From a bacterium (GTDB taxonomy: Bacteria > UBA8248), in the NCBI GenBank assembly GCA_965200245.1, contig CBDATS010000004.1:448001-512000 (forward strand): a DNA stretch of 64,000 nt. Reading direction: 5' to 3'. Below, in pieces: positions 34,441-43,674 of the stretch. The notes under the pieces were generated by a model. That model was not told the origin of the DNA, searched no databases, and was given only the letters and a program-made list of their open reading frames with translations. Positions within the stretch are counted from its first letter, which is position 1. Every line of letters starts with the position of its first letter. Made by a program: the position numbers and the translations under genes.

Positions 34441-35076
34441 ATGGCCATACGCGCGCTACTTTTAGACCATGACGGCACACTTGTCGACAGCTACGAGGGC
34501 ATCGCCAAATGCATGCGTCTCATGTGCCACGACATGGGCATGCCCGAAATGAGCGATTCGGAGATACTCGCGTCTATTGGCCCTACGCTCGAGCAAAGAT
34601 TCACCGAACTATGGGGAGAAGGCATGGCCGATGAGGCGGTTCGCATCTACCGTTCCCACTACAAGGTGCACAACCTCGGCGGCACACAAATCATACCCGG
34701 TGTGAAGAAAACCCTCGAAACCCTCGCGGGGCGGGGGATTCGGATGGCATGTGTTTCGAACAAGGCGTGGTTTTTCTGCAAGGAACAACTAGCGCACGTC
34801 GGGATCCTGCCCTACATGCAAGCGGTATTCGGCCACCGTCAGGGATATGCACCGAAACCGGACCCTGAAATGCTGTTCGCCGCCGTTGAATCGCTTGAAG
34901 TGAAACCGGAAGAAGTCGTGATGGTCGGAGATACGACGACGGATATTCAAGCCGCCAGAAACGCATCCATCCCGGCATGGATCATCAAGGGGAAATACTC
35001 CCGACATGATGAGATATTGCGATTAAACCCGGACAAATATCTGGACAGGATTGAAGAGGTGCTGGATTTCATATAA
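34441..35076 (+). CDS. HAD-superfamily hydrolase (phosphoglycolate phosphatase-like)
   Basis: LDHDGTLVDS, VSNK, KPDP, MVGDTTTD. Confidence 0.9.
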   Translation: MAIRALLLDHDGTLVDSYEGIAKCMRLMCHDMGMPEMSDSEILASIGPTLEQRFTELWGEGMADEAVRIYRSHYKVHNLGGTQIIPGVKKTLETLAGRGIRMACVSNKAWFFCKEQLAHVGILPYMQAVFGHRQGYAPKPDPEMLFAAVESLEVKPEEVVMVGDTTTDIQAARNASIPAWIIKGKYSRHDEILRLNPDKYLDRIEEVLDFI

Positions 35077-35734
35077 CCCGGAATCTTCCCGCTTGCGCTC
35101 TTGATGATGGTTGCCTGCCTTCAGCTTCGTTTGGCGAAAAGAGGCAAGTTTTGGGGCCACGCCGAGTCTTCCCGAATCGCATCATTTGCAGAAAAGATAT
35201 TTGTCCAGCCGGACCGTCACATGGTCTGAATGGATCTGGAAACATGCAACGGACGCCTGTTTCAACACGAGTTCCTTTCAGTTCTGGTGTAAGGGCCAAA
35301 TGGAAGAGGGCGGGACATTGTTCCTGGGATGGGGTTGCCGGAAGCCCGGTGATTCGGCAGAGAGGAGATGCGCCCCCATGGGAGTAGACACGATATTTTT
35401 TACGAATCAAGCCTTTCGGGACGAAGCGAGCGCAGCGAGAAGACGGCGCCGAGTCTCGGGCATTCACCCGCCAAGGGTGCCGAAAAACGATGGGGCTGCC
35501 CTAGCGGCTTGCATCGTCCGGCAAACGTGGCCGCCGATGCAAGGGGCATCAATGGAGTGGACGAAAAACAAGCGCGAACGAGGCTCACTGGATTCAGGGC
35601 GCTTGTACACCAGATTTGACTGCACTCTTCATCCTGAAATCACATTGCCAAACCAGACATGACTTCTATATTTTATCTAACAAAGATGCGCTCTGACCAT
35701 GACACATCGGAAACCCAACCAGACCGGATATGGA

Positions 35735-36475
35735 ATGCCGACGAGAACTGCCTCACCCACGACCCAGAAGCGGAAAATCCTCAAGCTAGCGGATAGACTA
35801 TTATCCCGCTTCGGGCTGCCAAAGCGCATAAAGCAAGGAAATCTTCTGGACGCGCTGGTTGAAACCCTGCTCTCACAAAGCACGACCGATCATAACCGCG
35901 ATCTCGCGTTTGATTCCTTGAAAAAAACTTTCACCGACTGGGATGAAATCGCCGACGCTCCCCAAGAATCGCTTGCCCGTGCAATTCGTTCGGCTGGTTT
36001 GGGGAATCAAAAAGCCGGGAGAATCCGGGATTTCCTAAGATGGCTTCACGAGGATCGTGATGAACTGTGCCTGGAATTCCTGCATCATGAAACAGATGAT
36101 TTCGCCGTGCACTACCTTACCCAGCACAAAGGCATCGGTGTCAAAACCGCTTATGTCACCTTGATGCTGGCTTCAAACCGGGATTTGTTTCCCATTGATG
36201 TCCATATACACCGAATCATGATTCGCCTCGGTATCATTCCCGAGAAAATCACGCCCGAAAAGTCTCATTCCGTTCTTTCGCCACTCATTCCCAAAGGCCG
36301 TGCTCATGAATTACACATGAACATGCTGAGCTTTGGTCGAACCATATGCACCGCCAGAAACCCGAAATGCTCCATCTGCGACTTGAGGCGAATGTGCCTC
36401 TACTATAAAGACAATAAACTGGGCAAATCCAAAGACGGAGAAACTCATCTTTCGCAAAAGCAAGCCAGCCCATGA
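35735..36475 (+). CDS. nth: Endonuclease III-like HhH-GPD DNA glycosylase with 4Fe-4S cluster
   Basis: LLSQSTTD, KGIGVKTA, FPIDVHIHR, CTARNPKCSICDLRRMC. Alternative start at 35699. Confidence 0.88.
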   Translation: MPTRTASPTTQKRKILKLADRLLSRFGLPKRIKQGNLLDALVETLLSQSTTDHNRDLAFDSLKKTFTDWDEIADAPQESLARAIRSAGLGNQKAGRIRDFLRWLHEDRDELCLEFLHHETDDFAVHYLTQHKGIGVKTAYVTLMLASNRDLFPIDVHIHRIMIRLGIIPEKITPEKSHSVLSPLIPKGRAHELHMNMLSFGRTICTARNPKCSICDLRRMCLYYKDNKLGKSKDGETHLSQKQASP

Positions 36476-37368
36476 ATTGGATCCAATGGATTGGCCCGGG
36501 CGAACTCCTGGCCATCGCATCCTCTATCACATTTTCCGTAGCGCAAACTTTTCTCAGACAGGGAATGAGAAGCGTATCACCACTGGCCACCGCTCTCATC
36601 ATCAATGGAATCGTAAGCCTGGGGGGTCTTACGATATCCCTCCTGAACGGCGCGCTTCTTGCGTCGAAGGCAGAAGCAATTTTCTGGTACGCCGCCGTAG
36701 GCGCGACGGGTCCAACCATCGGAAGATATTGCTACCTGGTGGGCGTCTCTCGGATAGGGCTCAGCCGTACCGTGCCCATATCATCCGCGGCTCCTATTTG
36801 GGGAACCCTTTTCGCAATCCTGCTTTTGGGGGAAACGCCGACGGCCCTCGTCGTCATCGGTACCCTCGGGATCGTCATCGGCGTATCCATTCTCGGCATA
36901 CAGGACGATAAATCACAATCTTTCAAAAGCTGGTTTCATGGCGCGCTGATATTTCCGCTTACAGCATCACTTGCCTATGCGGCTGCGCCCATTTTCGCGA
37001 AACTCGCCTATGCGCATCAAATGACACCCAGTGTCGGCATGGCCGTATCTTTCGCCACGGCCAATTGCCTTCTTCTTGTTTCCCGGCCGATTCTACCTGG
37101 TCAAACCGATATCCGTGGAGAGAAAAGAGGCCTCATATGGGTAGGGGGTGCAGGAATCATCGGTATTTCCAGTTCCTACATGCTTTGGACGGCCTTCACG
37201 ATGGCGAGCGTATCCACTGCTCTGCCCCTGAGTCGAATCGCCCCGATTTGGGTATTGATACTGAGCTATTTTTTCCTGGGAAAACTCGAAACGATCAACC
37301 GCAAAACAGTTTTGGCGACGTTTTGCGTCGTCGCAGGCGGAGTGTTGATCACTGCCTTCAGAAACTAA
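36472..37368 (+). CDS. EamA/DMT-family transporter
   Basis: About 10 hydrophobic segments in two repeats (LLLGE; FFLGKLE). Confidence 0.85.
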   Translation: MNWIQWIGPGELLAIASSITFSVAQTFLRQGMRSVSPLATALIINGIVSLGGLTISLLNGALLASKAEAIFWYAAVGATGPTIGRYCYLVGVSRIGLSRTVPISSAAPIWGTLFAILLLGETPTALVVIGTLGIVIGVSILGIQDDKSQSFKSWFHGALIFPLTASLAYAAAPIFAKLAYAHQMTPSVGMAVSFATANCLLLVSRPILPGQTDIRGEKRGLIWVGGAGIIGISSSYMLWTAFTMASVSTALPLSRIAPIWVLILSYFFLGKLETINRKTVLATFCVVAGGVLITAFRN

Positions 37369-37428
37369 CCCGCAAAAAGCGCGCCAAATTCCGAATTCCC
37401 CGGCCGGGTTTTCCTCTTGCGCAAGCCG

Positions 37429-38676
37429 CTATCTTCCCGCCGCCGCCTCGGCGACACGAGGGGAATAAATGAGATCATCCACCTGGGGCGGATCCTCGAG
37501 GAAACCTGCCGCTTTCAGTGTCAAAACATCGTTCGTGCCGTCTGAGTGCAGGAAGCTCAGGGCATCACGCATGAGTTTCTCGATGGGATTTTTCCGCATG
37601 TACCCCGCCGCTCCCCAAAGTTCCATCGCCTCCTGGCAAACCTGTACGGCGGACTCGGATGCGAACACCTTGCTCAGCATCGCATTTTTCCGGTCCATCT
37701 CCTCAAGTTGGGTGGACCATGCCGTACGCCACAAATAAGCACGAGAGGCTTCTATTTTCATGGCCATCCGTGCAAGTCTGATTTGCTGAAGCTGATGATC
37801 GAGTAAAGGCACGCTGCCCTGGATTCTGGCATGCGCATATTGCAAGGAAAGGTCATATGCACGTTGGGCTACCCCCAGAACGGTGGCACCCGCCTGGATG
37901 TTGCTCCCGTGCCTGATGAACAAATTCGCCAAAGCCGGCAGAGCTTGCCCCACTTCCCCGATTTGATCTTCCGCCGGAACTTCCACGTCGTGAAACTCCA
38001 GCGTGCCGTTCTGAACACATCGCTGGCCGAGTTTGTCCCAAACTTCCGTTACTGCAAAACCCTTGGCGTCTGAGGGAACCAAAAAGGCCGTAAGACTGTT
38101 CATCATCGGATTGTCCTTATCCGTCCTCGCAGCGATTTGATAGACTTTGGCGAGACCTCCATTGGAGATATACCGTTTCGCTCCGTTCAACACCCAGCGG
38201 TCTCCCTTTTTTTCCGCATACGTCTGTATTCCGGCCCCAGGCTGCTGATTCGGCCAGACGTTGTCGCTTCCCGCCATGGGCTCTGTCCAGGCCGTCGCCA
38301 GAATACACTCGTCATCATCCATTATTTTGGGAAGCCATCGGCTTTTCTGATCATCGTTCGCTATGTTCGCAATCGACGTCATGATCTTCCACGTCTGATC
38401 AAACGCGACGGCGAGCCCCAGATCCCCATATGCCAGTGTCTCACCCACGATGGCGCAAGAAAGCACATTGGCACCTTCGCCGCCATATTCCTTCGGGACG
38501 GTAAGCGTCCTGAGGCCACGCCTCGATCCTTCCCTGATGACTTCCCAGTTAAAGGACTCTTCGGGATTCTCAATGCGATCCGCGACCTCCGCGGCGGGGA
38601 TCATGACTTCGGTAGCAAATCTTTTCGCAATATCTCTGAGTTCCATTTGCCGGGGGGTGAGCTGGAAATCGACCAT
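37429..38676 (-). CDS. Acyl-CoA dehydrogenase family protein
   Basis: VPKEYGG, TEPMAGSD, LNGAKRYISNG, KLGQR, RIQG, WGAAGY, EKLMRDA, DGTND. Confidence 0.92.
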   Translation of the reverse strand: MVDFQLTPRQMELRDIAKRFATEVMIPAAEVADRIENPEESFNWEVIREGSRRGLRTLTVPKEYGGEGANVLSCAIVGETLAYGDLGLAVAFDQTWKIMTSIANIANDDQKSRWLPKIMDDDECILATAWTEPMAGSDNVWPNQQPGAGIQTYAEKKGDRWVLNGAKRYISNGGLAKVYQIAARTDKDNPMMNSLTAFLVPSDAKGFAVTEVWDKLGQRCVQNGTLEFHDVEVPAEDQIGEVGQALPALANLFIRHGSNIQAGATVLGVAQRAYDLSLQYAHARIQGSVPLLDHQLQQIRLARMAMKIEASRAYLWRTAWSTQLEEMDRKNAMLSKVFASESAVQVCQEAMELWGAAGYMRKNPIEKLMRDALSFLHSDGTNDVLTLKAAGFLEDPPQVDDLIYSPRVAEAAAGR

Positions 38677-38802
38677 CTGCTTTATCCTCCAAGAGAAGAA
38701 TCGTCATGGCGATTCTGACGCTATGAATTCATGGCAAACATCATGCCAGAAAGTCCCGCAGTTGCTGCTTCGCTCTTCCAGTTCCCAGGATATGAGCGCA
38801 TT

Positions 38803-39201
38803 TTAATTGGCGGACGGATTCTCGCACAACTCGATGCGGATATTTCCAGGTCCCCGGACGTAGGCGATCATCCGTCCGCCAATGCCGCGGCGCACGGGCT
38901 CGACCATAATCTCCGCGCCTCTTTCTCTCAGCCATTCAACGGCGGCTTCTACATCCGGCACACCGAATCCAAAATGATCCAAACCCTGAACCAGTTCCGG
39001 CTCTACGGAATCGGGCATCTCTTCCGGCCTGATACCGCGTGCGAATATCATCAAGCGGCCAATCCGAATCGCTGCATTGGGCGAACCCTTGAAGTCTTCG
39101 TCGTAGCGGACGATTTCCGCGTCGAAGATGTCTCGAAAATAATCGGCAAACGCCTTCACATCCCTACACACATAGTGAATATGATCAAAACCGAATTCCA
39201 T
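38803..39201 (-). CDS. VOC/glyoxalase family protein
   Basis: FDHIH, GLDHFGF.V.DVEAA, YVRGPGNIRIEL. Confidence 0.88.
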   Translation of the reverse strand: MEFGFDHIHYVCRDVKAFADYFRDIFDAEIVRYDEDFKGSPNAAIRIGRLMIFARGIRPEEMPDSVEPELVQGLDHFGFGVPDVEAAVEWLRERGAEIMVEPVRRGIGGRMIAYVRGPGNIRIELCENPSAN

Positions 39202-39221
39202 GACACTCCTCAACAATGAGA

Positions 39222-40931
39222 TTACGGTGTGATGATGATCGGCGAATCCTCAGAATCGGTTTCTTCTGAAACACCGCCATCCTCGATATCATTTTCTCGT
39301 ATTTCCCCATCCTCACCCTGCGATTCGCGGATTTGGCGAATCACCCTTTCCAGCATCACGTTGATGGAATACTGAACCATTTCGAGAAATAACGTGGCAG
39401 GTTCATTCGAATCCACCTGTACTTCATCAGCCAACGTCACACATTCACGGGCCATGGCTTCATCGCCCGCTCGATAAAAAATATATCCGTTGTCCTCCAG
39501 TTGGCCCGCAATACGTTCCCGCAGTGCCGTATCCCGAAATATATCTTTCGCGCCGTTTTCCACGATTTGCAAGAGACGCTCTTTTTTCTGTCTTTCATCC
39601 AGAGCCACCTGACTTTCCATGGACTCGAAAAATTCCTGAAAATACGGCGCCACGCGCTCTTCATCCATCACCCAACCCCAAAAAGGCCGATGCGCGAACA
39701 TCGTACGCACCTCCAACCTGCTCTCGCCTTCCTCAAGAGGATTCACAATCGCGCGGACGGGATGTGGCCCCTCCAAGGGAAACGCATCGACCTCCGCCAA
39801 GGGATCGAGCATGAGTTTCGCATGCGTATAACCACGTGGCAGAGGCGTTTCCGCCTCCTCGTTTTCGCGCTGACCGCGTTCAAGAAGCCAAATGGCATAC
39901 CCGGCGGGCACCTCATACGAAGCCAAGCTGGGAATTTCCTCAATCCGCCGGAAAACATCGCGTAATTCCTTTGCGCTCATTTCCATATCGTTGAACTCGA
40001 CAATGCCCCGGCCCCGATGCAACCGCGCCTGTACTAGATACCTTCCCCGGGGAACCCGGGAACGAGCGAGCCACAAAAGCATCTGTCCACGACCATCCAC
40101 GGCGCTCGCCACTGCATGAACATAATCAGGATAACCGGCCCTCTGGGCAGTGCGAACCCCCGTATCAGGCGATTTTTCAATTTCCACGCCTTTGTTTTTC
40201 AGCCGAAACAGCGCTTTGCGAATTCGTGACGATGTATCTTTGTCTTTCGTGGATTCCGAGAGTTTTCGAAGCGCAATCGCGGCATCTTGCGTAGCCACCT
40301 CCGCGAGGAACTGAATGAAAAATGCAGGCGGCGACGAGCCTTCCCGGAACATCGCTTCAGCCAAGAGGAGCGAGTTTTTTTTCGAGACCCCATCCGTACC
40401 ATCCAAACCGTCACGCAAAACGACTTCCTGCAAAAAAGAAGGTAGGTCATTCAATGACGATACGATAGACTTCGCGGTATCAACCGCGAGAAGGGCATTC
40501 CCGCTGAGTTGCCCGGCAACATCCCGGGCCCGGCGTAAATTTTCCCCATCGAAACCCGCTGGCAATTCTACTTGCGAATCCAACGTCCGAAGCGTCTCGA
40601 AGAGCACCGTGAGCCCCGGTATCGACCAACGCATCGTCCGAACAAGAGAAACAAGCCTCTGAACGACGTATGGATCGTTCAGTTCGCGCAGAGCAAGAAG
40701 CGTGGGAATACGCCCCTCCGGCGTAGTGGAGGAGAGGTGATGCAATACACCAGCGAGCCCGACCTCCCGCATTTCCCTGATTTCATCCAGAAGAGGGGCA
40801 GGCGCCATGGCTCCCGGCGGAGGCGGCACGGTGAACGACGCTTCAAGGCCTGCCGCTATGGCGACAGCCCGGTTTAAATCTTCCTTAAAAAAAGTTTTTT
40901 TCGAGGCCTTTACCCTCGTTTTCTTCGCCAA
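39222..40931 (-). CDS. Conserved hypothetical protein (helical/HEAT-like N-half)
   Basis: 569 aa, TTG start after AGGAG. RIRKALFRLKNKGV, SAVDGRG..LWLAR; acidic tail ending IITP. Confidence 0.75.
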   Translation of the reverse strand: MAKKTRVKASKKTFFKEDLNRAVAIAAGLEASFTVPPPPGAMAPAPLLDEIREMREVGLAGVLHHLSSTTPEGRIPTLLALRELNDPYVVQRLVSLVRTMRWSIPGLTVLFETLRTLDSQVELPAGFDGENLRRARDVAGQLSGNALLAVDTAKSIVSSLNDLPSFLQEVVLRDGLDGTDGVSKKNSLLLAEAMFREGSSPPAFFIQFLAEVATQDAAIALRKLSESTKDKDTSSRIRKALFRLKNKGVEIEKSPDTGVRTAQRAGYPDYVHAVASAVDGRGQMLLWLARSRVPRGRYLVQARLHRGRGIVEFNDMEMSAKELRDVFRRIEEIPSLASYEVPAGYAIWLLERGQRENEEAETPLPRGYTHAKLMLDPLAEVDAFPLEGPHPVRAIVNPLEEGESRLEVRTMFAHRPFWGWVMDEERVAPYFQEFFESMESQVALDERQKKERLLQIVENGAKDIFRDTALRERIAGQLEDNGYIFYRAGDEAMARECVTLADEVQVDSNEPATLFLEMVQYSINVMLERVIRQIRESQGEDGEIRENDIEDGGVSEETDSEDSPIIITP

Positions 40932-41091
40932 AACGGTTTCTCCTGAAAAGATGTCTCAAATCACGGATCATCAGCGGGCACGATACTTACTGTCAAGACG
41001 AAGGAAGAAAGCGCCCTTTTTGTCCTGTCGCTTTTGCCAATCGCTACGCACACATGCCACAATCACCGGAATTTCGCCTCCAGGAGATAAT

Positions 41092-42099
41092 GTGACTTTT
41101 CGGTTCGCCCATTGTGGTGATTTTCATCTCGGCTATGACTTCGGCTACCTACCGCCTCGCAAAGCCGCGGCGCGACAAGCCGATATCCGCATAGCGTTTT
41201 TCCGATCCGTTCGAGAAGCTCTGAAATGGGGCGCGCAGGTTTTCCTCATTTCAGGGGATCTGTTCGATTCCCCGCATCCAAGCAACCGTGACGTCGAAAT
41301 CGTCTCGAAAAACCTCTCGCATCTGTCCAAAAAAGGGGTGCATTGTTTCGCCATTCCCGGCAATCATGATCCAATGCAATCAAATTCCGTGTGGAACCAG
41401 CCTGAAATTCTGAATAACATCCATCTTTTCCATAGCGCCCCCGATGCCGGGCTGGCGCAGGCGAAGATCGCCGAACTCAATCTTACGATCGCTGGAATCC
41501 CGTGGGACACCAAAGACGCCTTCAAACCACCTTTACAGGAAATCCTCACGCGCAAACTCCAATTGCTCGACAGATCCATCCTGCTTTTGCATGGCTCGGA
41601 AAACGCTCTCGCCTCGGAACACCCTGCATTCAAGGAACATCCGTTCGCAGCCAATGATTTGAAGCGCCTGCCCTTCGGGTATGTGGCCATCGGCCACTAC
41701 CACAAGCCCATGGACGTCGCAAAATGGAGCGGCGGGGGCGCATGCTACTGTGGTTCGCCTGAAGGATTGCGTTTCAGCGATCACAATCTGGGGGATCGCT
41801 CCATCGTTTTGGGAGAAATGAACGAGCGAGGCTCTCTGACTCAACTCAGGCGGAAAACCATCAACGCGCGTACCATGAAAACGCTTTCTTATTCCACAGG
41901 CGATGGAACTACGGCAGACGACTGGTTTCGGGCTATTGACGACATGAGAGATCCGAATACCCTGTTGCGCGTGCGCGTCCCCAAACAAAACGGCGACAAG
42001 CAAAGACGGGCGGAAATTCTCTTGTCCGCCCTAAGTCATGATTTTTTCTATCTGGAAATCATTTGGGAATCCCCTGGTGAGCAAGAACACCTGGTGTGA
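41092..42099 (+). CDS. Mre11/SbcD-like metallophosphoesterase (DNA repair exonuclease)
   Basis: HCGDFHLG, ISGDLFD, PGNHD, LLHG, YVAIGHYH, YCGSPE. GTG after AGGAG. Confidence 0.85.
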   Translation: MTFRFAHCGDFHLGYDFGYLPPRKAAARQADIRIAFFRSVREALKWGAQVFLISGDLFDSPHPSNRDVEIVSKNLSHLSKKGVHCFAIPGNHDPMQSNSVWNQPEILNNIHLFHSAPDAGLAQAKIAELNLTIAGIPWDTKDAFKPPLQEILTRKLQLLDRSILLLHGSENALASEHPAFKEHPFAANDLKRLPFGYVAIGHYHKPMDVAKWSGGGACYCGSPEGLRFSDHNLGDRSIVLGEMNERGSLTQLRRKTINARTMKTLSYSTGDGTTADDWFRAIDDMRDPNTLLRVRVPKQNGDKQRRAEILLSALSHDFFYLEIIWESPGEQEHLV

Positions 42100-42865
42100 C
42101 GTCGCTTTCTCTCATCCGGAAATCCCCGTCAGACTCAGGGACGCATATCGGGCGCAAGCCGTTAATGCACAAGACATCGTGTGCGTCGTGATTGATGTCC
42201 TGAGAGCCACGACGAACATCGCCACCATCCTTGAGAATGGATGTCACGCGATTCATCCGTGCGCCTCTCCTGAAACGGCGCTTTTGTTGGCTCAAAAGCT
42301 GCGGTTTCGCCACGGTTCCGAAAAAATCATCCTGGGCGGAGAGCAAGACGGCAAACCCATTGAAGGATTTGACGGGGGAAACTCTCCACTCGAATACACG
42401 CGGCGAAGAATCAGCGGTAAAACCCTGATACTCTCAACAAGCAACGGCACCAAAACACTCGCTGCCGTAAAAAACTGCGGGGAAATTTTCACCGCCGCTT
42501 TCGTGAACATCACCGCAACCGCCGAGCGCATTGCTTCTACTCTGGATACAAATCCGAACAAATCACTCCTGATCGCCTGCTCGGGTCGCGAGGGCGCGTA
42601 TTGCGAAGAAGACACCGTAGGAGCGGGCATGCTCCTGCATATTTTGTCCAAAAATGCAGGGAAGCTGGAATTGTCCGACACTGCTCGTGCGACCTTGCAC
42701 ATCGCTCACGGGGCTGCAGAAAACCTGGAGAAGATGCTTTTTCACACTTTGTGGGGCAGACACTTATCGTCTCTGGGGCTTGATGAGGACATATCTTTCT
42801 GTGCCCGGAAAGACATCACAAGGGTCGTCCCGAAACTGGAGGACGGAGTAATCAGGATTCCTTAA
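42077..42865 (+). CDS. comB: 2-phosphosulfolactate phosphatase
   Basis: VVIDVLRATT, LGGEQDG, GNSPLEY, STSNGT, CSG.EG..CEED..GAG. Confidence 0.88.
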   Translation: MSKNTWCDVAFSHPEIPVRLRDAYRAQAVNAQDIVCVVIDVLRATTNIATILENGCHAIHPCASPETALLLAQKLRFRHGSEKIILGGEQDGKPIEGFDGGNSPLEYTRRRISGKTLILSTSNGTKTLAAVKNCGEIFTAAFVNITATAERIASTLDTNPNKSLLIACSGREGAYCEEDTVGAGMLLHILSKNAGKLELSDTARATLHIAHGAAENLEKMLFHTLWGRHLSSLGLDEDISFCARKDITRVVPKLEDGVIRIP

Positions 42866-43674
42866 GTCATTACCTCTTTATCGAATACCTCTCCCACTAC
42901 GTCGTGTGAATTCGGAGAACAGGCGCCGGGTTGCAAATGGAGGAAGAATTCCCGGTTCCCCTTCGCACCCAGAATCTTGCTCAAGGCGATGCCTTGGGGA
43001 GACAATCTCATCTGAAGCGTTTTATCCCAGATACGGAGGAGCACTTCGCGGTGATGTTCAGGGTCGCGAACTATCCCTCCCTTGCCGACACGTCCCTTCC
43101 CCACCTCGAATTGCGGTTTGATGAGCACGAGCATCTCACCATCGTCGTCGAGCAAACCATGAATCGGTCCGAGCACCTTTGCGACGGAGATGAACGAAAC
43201 ATCCACGACGCATAACCTCGGGCGTTCCTCTCCGGCCAACTTCTGAAACATTTCCGGCGTCAGATGCCTGGCGTTGACACCCTCCAGAAGGGTAACCCGC
43301 GGATCATTCCTCAGTTTCCAGTCAATCAAGCCCTTGCCTACGTCCACCGACGCAACGCGGCGGGCTCCACGGGCAAGCAGCATATCGGTGAATCCACCCG
43401 TCGACGCGCCAACGTCCATGCAATACTTCTCCAAGGGGTCGACGCCAAAGACATCCAGCGCACCAACGAGTTTCAGGCTTCCCCGGCTCACATAGGGGCA
43501 AGGATCTTTTTTGAGGGTGATAGATGCTTCTAGCGGAAATGAAGAACCCGCCTTTGAAGCGGGTTCGCCATCGACACTGACCAGACCGGCCAAAATCAGG
43601 CTGCGCGCACGCTCCCGACTCGGGGCGAGCGCGCGTTCAACGAGTAATTTATCGAGCCTCTGTTTCTGTGCCAT
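42862..43674 (-). CDS. tlyA: TlyA-family rRNA 2'-O-methyltransferase
   Basis: S4 domain (RLDKLLVER), YVSRG.LKL, DVGASTGGFTD, DVSFIS, LIKPQFE, GAKGNREF. Confidence 0.95.
   Translation of the reverse strand: MAQKQRLDKLLVERALAPSRERARSLILAGLVSVDGEPASKAGSSFPLEASITLKKDPCPYVSRGSLKLVGALDVFGVDPLEKYCMDVGASTGGFTDMLLARGARRVASVDVGKGLIDWKLRNDPRVTLLEGVNARHLTPEMFQKLAGEERPRLCVVDVSFISVAKVLGPIHGLLDDDGEMLVLIKPQFEVGKGRVGKGGIVRDPEHHREVLLRIWDKTLQMRLSPQGIALSKILGAKGNREFFLHLQPGACSPNSHDVVGEVFDKEVMT

Noticed and set aside
35111-35662. 183-aa ORF between the HAD hydrolase and nth
   Set aside because: TTG start without an RBS and no motif; cannot tell a gene remnant from a spurious ORF.
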